A DNA stretch of 60,940 nt from a bacterium (lineage in GTDB: Bacteria; Patescibacteriota; 4484-211; GCA-002791395). Position 1 is the first letter of the stretch; the number at the start of each line of letters is the position of its first letter. The notes beneath the pieces were generated by a model. The model searched no databases. It had not been told where the DNA came from and was given only the letters and a program-made list of their open reading frames with translations. The stretch spans positions 1 to 60,940 of the forward strand of contig JALWZS010000023.1 of the NCBI GenBank assembly GCA_027002475.1, written 5' to 3'. Shown here one piece after another: positions 42,013-52,091 of the stretch. The position numbers and the translations under genes were made by a program.

Positions 42013-43116
42013 TTAAATGAATTGTATTATTTCAAGCTGCGTCGGTTTATATTGCACTTGTCGACTATTTACCTCAACTAGCACTAATCCATCATCTCCA
42101 ATGGTTTTGACTCGCCCATATTCGTTTGCTTCTTCACCTACAACAACACGAACCACATCGCCCTCTTTTAGCACAGTAAACTTTCTAATCTGCCCATAAT
42201 CCAAAGAGTGATACTTATCGTCAAATGTCTTGTTTGCGTCCGAGGGAAGCGGTATCACTACCGAGCCATCTCCGCTAGAAAAGAACACATGCCTATGTTC
42301 TGATTCCTTAAGCAATTGATAAATTGGCTGATATATTTGTCCACCGCCAATACCTTCCGTAACGAGCACAGAAAGGCCAATATCTTCTAAACGCCCTCTA
42401 CTTCCTCGTAACCTAAGATAATCCTGATAGTCGATACCTCCTGTAATTATTGCCTTTGCCCCAAATGAGAGAGCTTTGTACAAAACGTCAAGAGACGCCT
42501 TAGTCCCACCAAAAAGAATCTTGCCAGCGCACTTTTCAGAGAGTTGATCCGTTTGTAATGGGATATCTGGATATCCTACCTCCATCAGTCCGCCTTCCCT
42601 TCCTACCCCAAATGTAATTGCTCCAAAGATTAAATTTGCATGTGTTTCAACTTTAACTTCTTTTCCTGGAATAATATCTGAAATTCTTCCAAACACCCCA
42701 GAGACCATTTTCTCTTCTGTCGGTAAGTATTGAATAGTTAATCGCGCAGTATTCTTGTCGTAGTCAACTAATACCCCACTTAGAGGACTTCTAAAAACCT
42801 TTTCGCGCAGTCCAATCATCTCTTTTTTACGAGCCAAAATGTCCCCCTGGTAAACCCTACTGCCTATTGTCCGTTCTAAAAGGTTTGCTGCTTTTTCTGG
42901 CGTAGTATTAAGCATTTTGGCTAAGTTAAAAGTTCTATAACCCGACTTTCTCCAAACGGAAGAAATTATAGTTTCAGGACGAACCATTTCATTAACTTTT
43001 ACAAACACCTGACTGTCTTGTTCTAATGGACGAACGAACTGATGCTGTATGCCCTTACCTAGTACTATGCGGCTGTATGTAATTACTTTTTTACTCACGA
43101 TAATGCCTCCTTCCAA
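42013..43116 (-). CDS. hypothetical protein with a KOW-like C-terminal barrel
   Basis: A 367-aa ORF overlapping the upstream gene by 22 nt. The C-terminus GDVVRVVVGEEANEYGRVKTIGDDGLVLVEV is KOW-like. No family recognised. Confidence 0.6.
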   Translation of the reverse strand: MEGGIIVSKKVITYSRIVLGKGIQHQFVRPLEQDSQVFVKVNEMVRPETIISSVWRKSGYRTFNLAKMLNTTPEKAANLLERTIGSRVYQGDILARKKEMIGLREKVFRSPLSGVLVDYDKNTARLTIQYLPTEEKMVSGVFGRISDIIPGKEVKVETHANLIFGAITFGVGREGGLMEVGYPDIPLQTDQLSEKCAGKILFGGTKASLDVLYKALSFGAKAIITGGIDYQDYLRLRGSRGRLEDIGLSVLVTEGIGGGQIYQPIYQLLKESEHRHVFFSSGDGSVVIPLPSDANKTFDDKYHSLDYGQIRKFTVLKEGDVVRVVVGEEANEYGRVKTIGDDGLVLVEVNSRQVQYKPTQLEIIQFI

Positions 43117-44210
43117 TGACGATAGTATTTTTTGTATAGTTTCGTATCACTAATATCAGGCATAACTTGGCCACGAAGATCAACAATAAGTCCTAGCTCC
43201 CCACCACTAATACCATCCAATCCTTCGTATCCAGGAATGTCAATGTTTTGTTTTACGTTTAGAGATATTGAGCCTTTAACGTCTTTATCTAGGGGCAATC
43301 TAACTATCTCTCCAGACTTTAGCTCTACAATAGGATCTTCGCTTAATCCAACATCTACAATCATCGCACCTAAATTCTCACCCCATTTATATCCGTGGGT
43401 TGGCACAATAACGGAACCTAATGCAACAACACCAATTTCATCTAGCTCAACTTTTTTAGTAGAGGTACTATACCCCACAGGACATAGCAATGAATTAGTA
43501 TCAAGGTAAATTTCCCAAATGCCCTCTAGCTCTAACCCATCTATTACAGCAAGCACGAGTTCGCCATAATCTTCAACCTCTCTTGCCATATCCCCAGAGA
43601 TAAGCACCCGATGTGCACCTTTAGAAAAGCCCTTTGCTCCACCACCAAACACTTCACGTCCTGGATGCACTTCTTGCAGTATAATCCGTAACACTGCAAG
43701 CATCACCTTGTCGTATTCGGCTCCTCTCATTTGCAAACCAGGATACTGCCGTCTTAATCCTAAGTAATTAATCAAGTCGTTCACATCATCCTCGCGATGA
43801 ACGACCTTCAGCCAGTTCACTAAAAAGTCCAACGCGCTTATGGTAAGAGTTGTATCCAGAGATTGAGTAATTCCGACGCTATACTTCTTAAGATTAAAGA
43901 TGCGACCATATGAGTTTGCCCCTACAATAGTGTGATCGCCCTCAATACTTACACCAATCGTCAATCCTTCTGGAAAGAGCCACTTTAAACCACTCTTAAA
44001 CCATTCCGACCTGTCTCGTACAACCTCAACAGAATCGTATTGCCCTTTAAATTTATACTTGATAGCATCAACTAGTTGTTTTAAATCTACAGTTCGTTGA
44101 ATGCGCCAAGTGTCGATAAGATTTATTCTTTCATCCTCAACCAGAAGTAAAAAACCGGTAACATATGTCAGGTTCGCATCAATTACAAGGACTTTTTCGT
44201 CTATTTTCAT
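43095..44210 (-). CDS. hypothetical cytoplasmic protein
   Basis: A 371-aa ORF with normal composition and no TM segment. No family recognised. Confidence 0.6.
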   Translation of the reverse strand: MKIDEKVLVIDANLTYVTGFLLLVEDERINLIDTWRIQRTVDLKQLVDAIKYKFKGQYDSVEVVRDRSEWFKSGLKWLFPEGLTIGVSIEGDHTIVGANSYGRIFNLKKYSVGITQSLDTTLTISALDFLVNWLKVVHREDDVNDLINYLGLRRQYPGLQMRGAEYDKVMLAVLRIILQEVHPGREVFGGGAKGFSKGAHRVLISGDMAREVEDYGELVLAVIDGLELEGIWEIYLDTNSLLCPVGYSTSTKKVELDEIGVVALGSVIVPTHGYKWGENLGAMIVDVGLSEDPIVELKSGEIVRLPLDKDVKGSISLNVKQNIDIPGYEGLDGISGGELGLIVDLRGQVMPDISDTKLYKKYYRHWKEALS

Positions 44211-44273
44211 AGGCAGTATGAACTAATGCAATTGTAACATTATGGGAGTAAAAGGAAGATGTGTTACAAACAC

Positions 44274-44519
44274 TTAGCGAATCAAGGCCATCAACCGAGC
44301 AATTTTAATAGCTTTAGCTAATTTCCGTTGGTGTTTTGCACAAGTACCAGAGATTCTGCGATTTAGTATCTTTCCCCTAGGAGATAAAAAACTTTTGATA
44401 ATCTCTACTTCTTTGTAATCTGGTTCTATATTATTTTCACAAAACCAACAAGAGTTATTTGCGTTTCGTGAACGCTTAGTGTTAATAATTTTGTTTTTTG
44501 TAGTTTTTGTAGCTGCCAT
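44274..44519 (-). CDS. rpsR: 30S ribosomal protein S18
   Basis: [57 protein letters not shown]. Confidence 0.95.
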   Translation of the reverse strand: MAATKTTKNKIINTKRSRNANNSCWFCENNIEPDYKEVEIIKSFLSPRGKILNRRISGTCAKHQRKLAKAIKIARLMALIR

Positions 44520-44577
44520 AAATAACTTCTCTCGCTATAAACTCCAAGATTATACCAGACCATTACACTCTAAAGCC

Positions 44578-45030
44578 TTAGAATGGAATGTCGTTGTCTT
44601 GGATATCACTACCTTCTGTTGATGGAACTTCCTCTACAACAGATTGTGCATTCGGCTTGCTTGTATATTCTGCACCCGAATCGTCTCTCTTGTTTGACAA
44701 GATAATCATCTCATTTGCGACAATTTCCGTGCGGTACATTTTTTTACCAGTCTGTTCGTCTTCCCAATCTCTTGTTTGTAAACGCCCCTCAAGATATACT
44801 TTATCGCCTTTTTTAAGAAGTTTGTCACAGAGTTCTGCTAGCTTTGCCCAAGCAACAATATTGTGAAATTCTACATCTTCTACGGCTTCACTGCTATTTG
44901 AAGGAGTATACGAGCGGTTTGTTGCAACACCAAAGGACACAACAGCAGTACCGTTGGATGTATATCGTAACTCTGGGTCTCTTGTTAGATTCCCTATCAA
45001 CATTACTTTATTAAGTGATCTAGCTGCCAT
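44578..45030 (-). CDS. ssb: single-stranded DNA-binding protein
   Basis: OB-fold N-terminus LNKVMLIGNLTRDPELRYTSNGTAVVSFGVATNR and an acidic tail ending DIPF. Confidence 0.95.
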   Translation of the reverse strand: MAARSLNKVMLIGNLTRDPELRYTSNGTAVVSFGVATNRSYTPSNSSEAVEDVEFHNIVAWAKLAELCDKLLKKGDKVYLEGRLQTRDWEDEQTGKKMYRTEIVANEMIILSNKRDDSGAEYTSKPNAQSVVEEVPSTEGSDIQDNDIPF

Positions 45031-45040
45031 ATTATTTATG

Positions 45041-45343
45041 TCACCCCCTAGGTGATACGATAATGAACCTTAGCACCTCATCGAGCATATTTAGCTCTTT
45101 ATTTATTGTTGCCAAAACGGATTTGTCTTCTACGTTGAATTTAACTAGAAGGTATCTACCCTGCATCTTATGCTTAATTGGGTATGCCAAAGTCTTAAGC
45201 CCCCACATATCTTCACTTTCAACTTTCACACCATTTTCATCTAAGACTGCCAAGAATCGCTTTTTGGCACTATCCTTTTTGTCTGGATCCAAAATCACTA
45301 ACAGTTCGTAAAGGTTTTCCTTGTTCTTTTTATCCTTTTTCAT
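45041..45343 (-). CDS. rpsF: 30S ribosomal protein S6
   Basis: YELLVILDP...GLKTLAYPIKHKMQGRYLLVKF, in the rpsF-ssb-rpsR gene order. Confidence 0.9.
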   Translation of the reverse strand: MKKDKKNKENLYELLVILDPDKKDSAKKRFLAVLDENGVKVESEDMWGLKTLAYPIKHKMQGRYLLVKFNVEDKSVLATINKELNMLDEVLRFIIVSPRG

Positions 45344-45400
45344 AGTATCGAGCGGATTATAACACGAACTCTAATGTGTACCAACAGCTATTAAAAACCA

Positions 45401-46780
45401 CTAACTGCAAGCCTCCATTAGTAAACCCCGCAGCAGTCTAGAACCTTTATGATTGTATTCCCCTGTTCTAGGTGCTCCCAGCAACACAACCATCTCTTTA
45501 TCATGTGTACTAAGTACTAAGTTTATATTTAAGGCTTTAAGCAACAGCAATAGACTGGAGTCTTCTGTAAAATTTTCTACGTTGAGAACATCTGTTCCTA
45601 TACCGTTTATCAATCTGTTTAGGTTATTTTCATCCTCAAGAAGTTTTTTGTCTCCCTCATTAAACCCCTCATATAAAGACAGCATTTCGTCTTCTTCCTT
45701 AAAGGCTAAAACTGCAATCTTACTAGGCCCGAACAATCTATTAATGTAGTTTAGAAACAAACCTAATCTATCTTCTGTATCCTGCACCTTAGCTATCTCA
45801 GATTTAAAAATCTCTAGTAATTCTTCTTCATCGAAAGAAATCTTACCAGTCCATATGTTTATTTGCTTGCGCCAGTAATTTTCAGTAAACGCTAAGAGCA
45901 AGGCAAAAAACAGTGCAACAAACAAATTAATTATCATTACAGGTAAACTAAAGATCGAGCCTAGTAAACGACTCTCCAGCAAGGCTATTACGTATGCAGA
46001 AACCAAGCCGAAAAGAGATACCCCTAGCCAAAAAACAGTACGCCCAAGCCAAACTCTAATGCCAAACAATCGGTGCCGCAGTATGCCATAACCCGTAATC
46101 CCAACAAAGGCAATCACTCCAAGGTCGCCAATACGAGTAATCAGCATTTTGGCACTAACACCAACTTCTAGAATCTCACTAGTTATAAGCAAGCGCTCCA
46201 ATAAAAGGAATACAATTGTCGTCGAAACAATTGAAATACTCCCTGCCAGAATATATTTTGATCTCATTCGTTCAACTGCCTGTGTAGTTTTATGCCTTTT
46301 TAGAAGCAACGACAATGCTATGGATATTTCAGTAATAATAAAGACTACAAAAAGGTAATCAAGTAAACCAGAAGAAAAATCAACGCCGTAGTCATAAACA
46401 TGTACTCTCTTGATGATTTGGTTGCTAAAGAGAGCCAGAATAGCAAACAATGCTGTAGTAATCCCTAATACCGCAGTATAGATTGTTGAAAAGTTATGTG
46501 ACTTCATCGTTAAAGATTGGGCAAATAGAAAGTACAAAAAGGCAGCAAGCAAACCAAATACAAAGTCTGCTTTAATTAAGTAGCTTTGCTCTAACTGCCC
46601 AAAAGGGAAGTCAGACAAAAGGCTTGATATCTCATAAGCCGTTAAGGCTACGATACTAAGAGAGAAGAATCTATACGCCTTATCTTTCCAAGAAACAACT
46701 GCAACAAGCCCAGCTACACCCAAATTAAACAGCACCAGGAACACAATAATTAACAGGTTGTATGTTAGATAAGGATTCAT
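45401..46780 (-). CDS. polytopic membrane protein (about 9-10 TM) with a C-terminal cytoplasmic domain; resembles the N-terminal 7TM sensor region of histidine kinases but has no kinase domain
   Basis: 459-aa ORF. The function call is weak. Confidence 0.6.
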   Translation of the reverse strand: MNPYLTYNLLIIVFLVLFNLGVAGLVAVVSWKDKAYRFFSLSIVALTAYEISSLLSDFPFGQLEQSYLIKADFVFGLLAAFLYFLFAQSLTMKSHNFSTIYTAVLGITTALFAILALFSNQIIKRVHVYDYGVDFSSGLLDYLFVVFIITEISIALSLLLKRHKTTQAVERMRSKYILAGSISIVSTTIVFLLLERLLITSEILEVGVSAKMLITRIGDLGVIAFVGITGYGILRHRLFGIRVWLGRTVFWLGVSLFGLVSAYVIALLESRLLGSIFSLPVMIINLFVALFFALLLAFTENYWRKQINIWTGKISFDEEELLEIFKSEIAKVQDTEDRLGLFLNYINRLFGPSKIAVLAFKEEDEMLSLYEGFNEGDKKLLEDENNLNRLINGIGTDVLNVENFTEDSSLLLLLKALNINLVLSTHDKEMVVLLGAPRTGEYNHKGSRLLRGLLMEACS

Positions 46781-46881
46781 CCCAACTATATACTAGCCTA
46801 TATATACCACTTTTTACTAAATTTGGCGAGCGCTAGTAGCTTAGTGACGAAATTAGCAGGAAACGAAAAAGACAAACAAAA

Positions 46882-47853
46882 TTATTTCTCTGCCTTTTTC
46901 GTGGTTTTTGAAGGCTTCTTAGCAGACTTTTTCTCTTTAGCCGCTGACTTTACCGACGTCTTCTCCTCACCTTTGTTAAGCTTTTTCAAATAATCGATAA
47001 CATCTTGAATTTTAGGATCATCTCCAAGCTCACCTTCTAACTCCTTTGCGATTTCAGAGATGATAAACCTTGCACGCACGACCTTTTCTGCCTCCACTTT
47101 AGTTTCAGTCCGAACATCTTCCCAGCTTTTATTTTGCATCTTTAGATAATCCTCATAATTTATGCCAAGTTTCTGAACGGTTTCAGCTTGCCTGTAAATC
47201 ATTTGATCCGCTTCGCCTTCAATTAGTTCATCAGCTATTTCAAATTTGATCCTATTAACCAAGGCTTCAATCATCTTATCTTCCAGTTCACGTTCTAATT
47301 GCTCAGGTGTTTTTTGAACCTTTTCTTCTTGTTTTTCCTGAGACTTTTCATCATCGTTCTTTCCCTTTTTCGTCTTCGTCTTTTTAGCTTCTTTCTTAGG
47401 CTCTTCAAGCTTCACCTTTTTAACTACGTCTTTCCACTTGCCAAGGTCTATCTCCGGCATCACAAATGTAGTAATCTCAATCTCTACCCCATTCTTAGTA
47501 ATATCAGGCCACAACACCTTAGTTGCCTCCTCCTGGGTTTTAACATCTTTAAGAGAGGGAATATTTACAGAAGGACGACTAATCGGCACAATTTTATGTT
47601 CGTTTAGCGCTTGAATATATGCATCTTCCGACACGTGTGAAAGGATTTCCTCAACCAACTTATCAGTCTTAACTAGCTCCTCAACAATATGAGTAGGAGC
47701 CTTGCCTTTTCTAAAGCCTGGAGCGGTAATATGCTCCCCTAAATGAGACAATGCATGTTTTTTAGCGTGTAATACATCGTCCTTACTCGCCTTAGCCTTT
47801 ATTACAACCTTACCGTTTTTGTTTTTATCAACCGTAATTTGCATCCCATGCAT
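46882..47853 (-). CDS. tig: trigger factor lacking the PPIase domain
   Basis: N-terminal MQITVDK... (probable start 47844) and the ribosome-binding signature GFRKGKAP. A Lys/Glu-rich linker sits where the FKBP domain normally is. The C-terminal arm domain is present. Confidence 0.8.
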   Translation of the reverse strand: MHGMQITVDKNKNGKVVIKAKASKDDVLHAKKHALSHLGEHITAPGFRKGKAPTHIVEELVKTDKLVEEILSHVSEDAYIQALNEHKIVPISRPSVNIPSLKDVKTQEEATKVLWPDITKNGVEIEITTFVMPEIDLGKWKDVVKKVKLEEPKKEAKKTKTKKGKNDDEKSQEKQEEKVQKTPEQLERELEDKMIEALVNRIKFEIADELIEGEADQMIYRQAETVQKLGINYEDYLKMQNKSWEDVRTETKVEAEKVVRARFIISEIAKELEGELGDDPKIQDVIDYLKKLNKGEEKTSVKSAAKEKKSAKKPSKTTKKAEK

Positions 47854-47884
47854 TATAGCCTATTTCCCAAAGAATACAATCAAC

Positions 47885-47912
47885 TTGCAGCCAAGCGTAC
47901 TCGTTATACAAT
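47885..47912 (+). promoter_or_regulatory. promoter candidate TTGCAG, 16 nt, TACAAT, 6 nt upstream of ATG 47919 (leaderless geometry)
   Basis: TTGCAG at 47885-47890 and TACAAT at 47907-47912, then ttatcc ATG. Confidence 0.5.
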
Positions 47913-47918
47913 TTATCC

Positions 47919-49280
47919 ATGGGTTCCTATTTTAAGGAAAACAAAACGAGAATAATTAGCGAACTCTCACAGTGGCTTAGCATTCCAACAATCTCAGCCT
48001 TGCCTGAATTTAAACCAGAGATAAAACGGGGAACACAATGGCTTAGTGAGCATTTAGAAGGCATTGGTCTAAATAATGTAGAGATTATTCCAACAGAACA
48101 GGATGCACCTCCAATAGTTTACGCAGATTGGCTAGAAGCAGGAAGTGATAAACCCACAGTTTTAATTTATGGGCATTATGACGTACAACCAGCAGATCCA
48201 ATTGATGAATGGGTATCTGCCCCATTTGATCCACAAGTTCGCGACGATAAAATATATGCTCGGGGTGCTAATGATAACAAGGGGCAGCACTTTATTATCC
48301 TAAAAGCAATAGAGGCATTGTTATCTGAAGATAAAGGCAAGTTGCCTAATATCAAGTTGTTTTTAGAGGGAGAAGAGGAAGTTGGCGGCACTCACCTTGA
48401 AGAATTTATAAAGGAAAATTCCAAAAAGTTGTCCGCTGACATCTGCCTTATTGCAGACACCCCGATGCTTGGACCAGATCAACCGTCAATAATCACAGGG
48501 CTTCGAGGTCTTGTTTATATGGAGCTTATAGTCAACTCTGCCAAAACAGATATGCACTCAGGCCATTATGGCGGCAACGTTCATAATCCAATTCAAGTGC
48601 TTAGCTGGATACTTAGCAAATTAAAAGACGAAAACGGAAAAGTCCTTATCCCCTATTTTTATGATGACGTAAAAGAATGGAGTCCGAAGGAGCGAGCAAA
48701 AATCAACGAAGTCACTATGAGCGAAGGAGAAATTATTGAACACACAGGTGTTAGAGTTCTTTTTGGCGAAGAGGAGTATTCACCAATTGAGCGGTTTGGA
48801 ATTAGGCCAACACTTGATATTAATGGAATATGGGGTGGCTTTAGCGGCGAAGGACCTAAAACTGTAATTCCTAAAACCGCTGGTGCAAAGGTAAGTATAA
48901 GAATGGTTGCGCACCAAGATCCTGAAAAAATCGAGCAGAGCTTTAAAGACTACGTAACATCTATTACTCCAAAAGGCGTTGATATTAAGTTTAAGACGTA
49001 CTCAAAAGAACCTGCAATAATCATTGATCCTTCTAATAAGTACTTCCAAACCGCAGTAGAAGCACTAAAAGATGTGTTTGGAAAGGAACCTAAATTTGTA
49101 ATGGAAGGTGGCTCCATACCAGTTGGCGGTCACATTAAAAAGTACTTAGATATTGACACCATTTACATGGGATTTGGCTTACCCGACGACAATCTTCATG
49201 CTCCAAATGAAAAATTTAATCTAGGGATGTTAGACAAAGGGATTGAAACAACTATAAAGTTTTTAAAGGAACTTACTTAG
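47919..49280 (+). CDS. M20-family metallopeptidase (dipeptidase/deacylase-like)
   Basis: VLIYGHYDVQPADP, ARGANDNKGQ and LEGEEEVGG are typical M20 metal and catalytic motifs. Confidence 0.85.
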   Translation: MGSYFKENKTRIISELSQWLSIPTISALPEFKPEIKRGTQWLSEHLEGIGLNNVEIIPTEQDAPPIVYADWLEAGSDKPTVLIYGHYDVQPADPIDEWVSAPFDPQVRDDKIYARGANDNKGQHFIILKAIEALLSEDKGKLPNIKLFLEGEEEVGGTHLEEFIKENSKKLSADICLIADTPMLGPDQPSIITGLRGLVYMELIVNSAKTDMHSGHYGGNVHNPIQVLSWILSKLKDENGKVLIPYFYDDVKEWSPKERAKINEVTMSEGEIIEHTGVRVLFGEEEYSPIERFGIRPTLDINGIWGGFSGEGPKTVIPKTAGAKVSIRMVAHQDPEKIEQSFKDYVTSITPKGVDIKFKTYSKEPAIIIDPSNKYFQTAVEALKDVFGKEPKFVMEGGSIPVGGHIKKYLDIDTIYMGFGLPDDNLHAPNEKFNLGMLDKGIETTIKFLKELT

Positions 49281-49303
49281 TAAAACGCCAAACTTTAAGC
49301 AAG

Positions 49304-49312
49304 TGATATACT
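49304..49312 (+). promoter_or_regulatory. extended -10 box TGaTATACT, 8 nt upstream of ATG 49321
   Basis: Read directly. No convincing -35 box and no SD sequence. Confidence 0.4.
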
Positions 49313-49320
49313 AATAAAAC

Positions 49321-49770
49321 ATGTTAATTGATCAAATAAACAGTGACTTAAAACAAGCAATGCGCGACAAAGACTCCAAAAAGCTTGGAGTTCTTAGAAT
49401 GTTCCTCTCAGCCCTCCAGTATGAAGCTTTAAACAACAATGAAAAGAAGAATGAAGCAACAGATGAAACCGTAATCAAAGTTTTGCAAAGAGAGATTAAA
49501 AAGCGAAAAGAATCAATAAAGTTATATGAACAAGGCGGAAGACCAGAGCTTGCCGATGCAGAACAGTATGAAATAGATATCCTCAAAAATTACCTACCAG
49601 AACAGTTATCTGAAGAAGAGCTAAAAAAGATTGTTCAAGAAGCAATAAACACAACTGGCGCTCAATCAATTAAAGACATGGGCAATGTTATGAAAGAGGT
49701 TATGGGTAAAGTTCAAGGCAAAACAGACGGTCAAACCGTTAGCAAAATCGTTAAAGAATTACTGCAATAA
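49321..49770 (+). CDS. yqeY: GatB/YqeY domain-containing protein
   Basis: MLIDQINSDLKQAMRDKD...VLRMFLSALQ...REIKKRKESIKLYEQGGRPELADAEQYEIDILKNYLP. Confidence 0.85.
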   Translation: MLIDQINSDLKQAMRDKDSKKLGVLRMFLSALQYEALNNNEKKNEATDETVIKVLQREIKKRKESIKLYEQGGRPELADAEQYEIDILKNYLPEQLSEEELKKIVQEAINTTGAQSIKDMGNVMKEVMGKVQGKTDGQTVSKIVKELLQ

Positions 49771-49806
49771 AAAGCCCCACTGCGTCATCTCTGACACAGC
49801 GAGGCT
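49768..49806 (-). terminator. rho-independent terminator between convergent genes (a good U-tract on the minus strand only)
   Basis: Imperfect stem AGCCCCACTGCGTCA-tctc-TGACACAGCGAGGCT (49773-49806). The minus strand continues TTTTTA. Confidence 0.5.
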
Positions 49807-49813
49807 CTTAGTT

Positions 49814-50062
49814 TCATCCAATCCAAGACTTAACCCCCAGATAAGCCGCAATTAACAATACACCGACTGCTATACCACAGTGGATCAGCAGCATCTCCCC
49901 GCTCCCCTCCTTAACCAGAGCGTAGAAGTAATAAAGCCACCAAAGGGTAGCGCCCCCAACCAAAGCCCAGGGCAAGCTGATTCCAAAAACCCAAACAGTC
50001 GTCCCCCAAATAATCCAAATGGTTAACATCACCCACCACTTAGATTCAGCCGCGTAAGGCAT
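49814..50062 (-). CDS. small membrane protein (3 TM), hypothetical
   Basis: 82-aa Trp-rich hydrophobic ORF that begins 2 nt after the upstream stop. Confidence 0.55.
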   Translation of the reverse strand: MPYAAESKWWVMLTIWIIWGTTVWVFGISLPWALVGGATLWWLYYFYALVKEGSGEMLLIHCGIAVGVLLIAAYLGVKSWIG

Positions 50063-50064
50063 TT

Positions 50065-50307
50065 TTAACCTCCTTTATAAAAAGTGAATGTATGAAAGAA
50101 AAACAGCCAGACCATAGCTGCTCCAATAATAGTTATGAGAATAAATCTACGCCGGCTACCTGTTGACTGAGCCAGGTAAAATGTCAGCCCAATCGACGCA
50201 GCAACTCTGTGGTCAACCAACACTCCACCAACCACAGCGACGAGCACTACCCAGACTATCGCCCATCCAAGGTGAAAGTCTGGGAAGAATTGTTTTAACC
50301 AAAACAT
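50065..50307 (-). CDS. small membrane protein (3 TM), hypothetical
   Basis: 80-aa hydrophobic ORF. Confidence 0.55.
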   Translation of the reverse strand: MFWLKQFFPDFHLGWAIVWVVLVAVVGGVLVDHRVAASIGLTFYLAQSTGSRRRFILITIIGAAMVWLFFFHTFTFYKGG

Positions 50308-50442
50308 GAGGTTCTCCTTATATGAGGTGAGAGAAGAGTAAAGGTTCTAGACAGTTATCCAAGATTATACGATAAATTCCGTGTGTACGCTAACAACAAA
50401 GCGATATCCCACCTCTCCAACCCTTAAACTCTCAAAGCTAGT

Positions 50443-50486
50443 GGAGAAGTGAAGCTTCTCCTGTAAGCACGCAAAGCGTGCGTCCA
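50443..50486. repeat. isolated double-hairpin module of the repeat family (GGAGAAG-N5-CTTCTCC, then GCACGC-aaa-GCGTGC)
   Basis: It has the same module layout as in arrays R2, R4, R6 and R7. It is the only copy seen in the housekeeping half and sits just 3' of htpX. Confidence 0.7.
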
Positions 50487-50497
50487 ACGTTCTCCTC

Positions 50498-51385
50498 CTA
50501 CATCGCTCGTAGCCTTGCAATCCTATCATCAAGCGGTGGGTGGGTTGAAAAAAGATTTGCTATTTTCTCGCCGTGTTTATTTTTTAGCGGATTAGCAATA
50601 TAAAGGTGAGCAATTGCGGTATTTGCCTTTTTCATCGGCGCGTTGTCTGCTTTTATTTTTTCTAAAGCCCTTGCCAAACCTTCAGGATAACGAGTCAAAA
50701 GTGCAGCGCTTGCATCAGCCAAATACTCACGTTGACGCGACAAGGCAAACTTTAATATTTGCGCCATTGTCGGGGCAAGTATTGCTCCTAGTAACGCAAG
50801 AAGTAACATTATTCCTCTACCCTCACTATTGCGGCTTCGCTTACCCGACCATAATGACCGGACAAAAAGCTCACTAATTAAGGCAATTACCCCAACAAGA
50901 ACAACAGCAATTGTCATTGTGCGAATATCATAATTTTTAATATGGCTCATCTCGTGAGCAATTACTCCTTCCAGTTCTAAGTCTTCTAATTTATCAAGTG
51001 CCCCTTGTGTAACTGCAATTGCACTATGCTTAGGGTCTCGCCCTGTAGCAAACGCATTAATTGATGGGTCATCTATTGAATAAACCTTTGGCATAGGAAC
51101 AATTCCTGCCCCAATTGCTAGATTCTCAACTGTCCTGAAAAGTCGCGGATTATCTTTCTTAGTGATTTCTCTTGCCCCTGCCATAGACAAAGCAACACTG
51201 CTACCGAAAAAGTAACTGAAACCGGAGCTAAACAATGCTCCCACGATAGCAACTGGAACTAGTGCATAACCATAATCCAAAGCCTCACCAATAAGCCAGC
51301 CAAGCAAAACTATCGTTAACGTAAAGCCAGTGATGATAAAAAAACTCTTTCTCTTATTCTGACTAATTTGATTATAAATACTCAT
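50498..51385 (-). CDS. htpX: M48-family zinc protease HtpX
   Basis: HEMSHIKNYD (HExxH), 4 TM helices and a C-terminal ...THPPLDDRIARLRAM. Confidence 0.9.
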   Translation of the reverse strand: MSIYNQISQNKRKSFFIITGFTLTIVLLGWLIGEALDYGYALVPVAIVGALFSSGFSYFFGSSVALSMAGAREITKKDNPRLFRTVENLAIGAGIVPMPKVYSIDDPSINAFATGRDPKHSAIAVTQGALDKLEDLELEGVIAHEMSHIKNYDIRTMTIAVVLVGVIALISELFVRSLWSGKRSRNSEGRGIMLLLALLGAILAPTMAQILKFALSRQREYLADASAALLTRYPEGLARALEKIKADNAPMKKANTAIAHLYIANPLKNKHGEKIANLFSTHPPLDDRIARLRAM

Positions 51386-51514
51386 ATTAGTAATTATAGC
51401 TTACGCCATTTCACTCCAGTACTCCAGTGTACTGGAGCGTTTATGGAGAATTGCTCGTCTTTTGCCATAACCCAAAAATAAAGGAGAATATTTTCGCAAA
51501 CAATCCGTAACATC

Positions 51515-51543
51515 TAGATAAGAAGTAACGAATGCTTTATAAT
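51515..51543 (+). promoter_or_regulatory. promoter candidate for tRNA-Leu (TAGATA, 17 nt, TATAAT)
   Basis: A perfect -10 box at 51538-51543, about 27 nt upstream of the tRNA 5' end. Confidence 0.4.
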
Positions 51544-51570
51544 GCAAAAACTGGTACATAAACTATTCAT

Positions 51571-51655
51571 GCCGGGGTGGTGAAATTGGTAGACACGCTA
51601 GGTTTAGGACCTAGTGCCTTTTGGCTTGGGGGTTCGAGTCCCCCCTCCGGCACCA
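51571..51655 (+). tRNA. tRNA-Leu (anticodon TAG), long variable arm, CCA encoded
   Basis: Manual cloverleaf: acceptor GCCGGGG/CTCCGGC, anticodon stem CTAGG/CCTAG with loop ttTAGga, T-arm GGGGG-ttcgagt-CCCCC. Confidence 0.9.
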
Positions 51656-52015
51656 GACGTTCCGCTACGCGGAACTTAAGAAGAAATTAATAATTTCTCC
51701 AGCATAAATGCTTTGTAGGGTTTGCCCTACGTTCGATTTAGACGAAGTAGGAGTGTTCACTGTAGACTTGGCGAAAGTGAGCTCCGTTCAGAAATGGTCA
51801 CCTACAATAGCTGAGGTTGTTGATATAATACTGCAAATTATTGTTTTCATTGGATCAAACTGACCGACTTATTCTGCTTTATCGTCTTAAAAACCCTACA
51901 CGACATTACAGTAACACAGGAAATAAAATTACATGTTACATGCATAGGACGAGAAACATAGGTAACACTTATTTTAATTTTTTGATAAAATAGCGTTTGT
52001 ACATTAGCAAGATAT

Positions 52016-52091
52016 GCCGTGGTTGCCAACGTGGTCAAGGCGCTGGTCTGAAGAACCAGTTATGCGGGTTCGATTCCTGCCCACGGCACCA
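52016..52091 (+). tRNA. tRNA-Phe (anticodon GAA), CCA encoded
   Basis: Manual cloverleaf: acceptor GCCGTGG/CCACGGC, anticodon stem CTGGT/ACCAG with loop ctGAAga, T-loop ttcgatt. Confidence 0.85.

Noticed and set aside
51414-51437. A perfect 8-bp hairpin CTCCAGTA-N8-TACTGGAG upstream of htpX.
   Set aside because: It is a single short stem with no U-tract and no recognisable regulatory motif. That is insufficient evidence for a feature.
51847-52038. A 63-aa ORF on the minus strand.
   Set aside because: It overlaps tRNA-Phe and an AT-rich spacer, and has no coding features.
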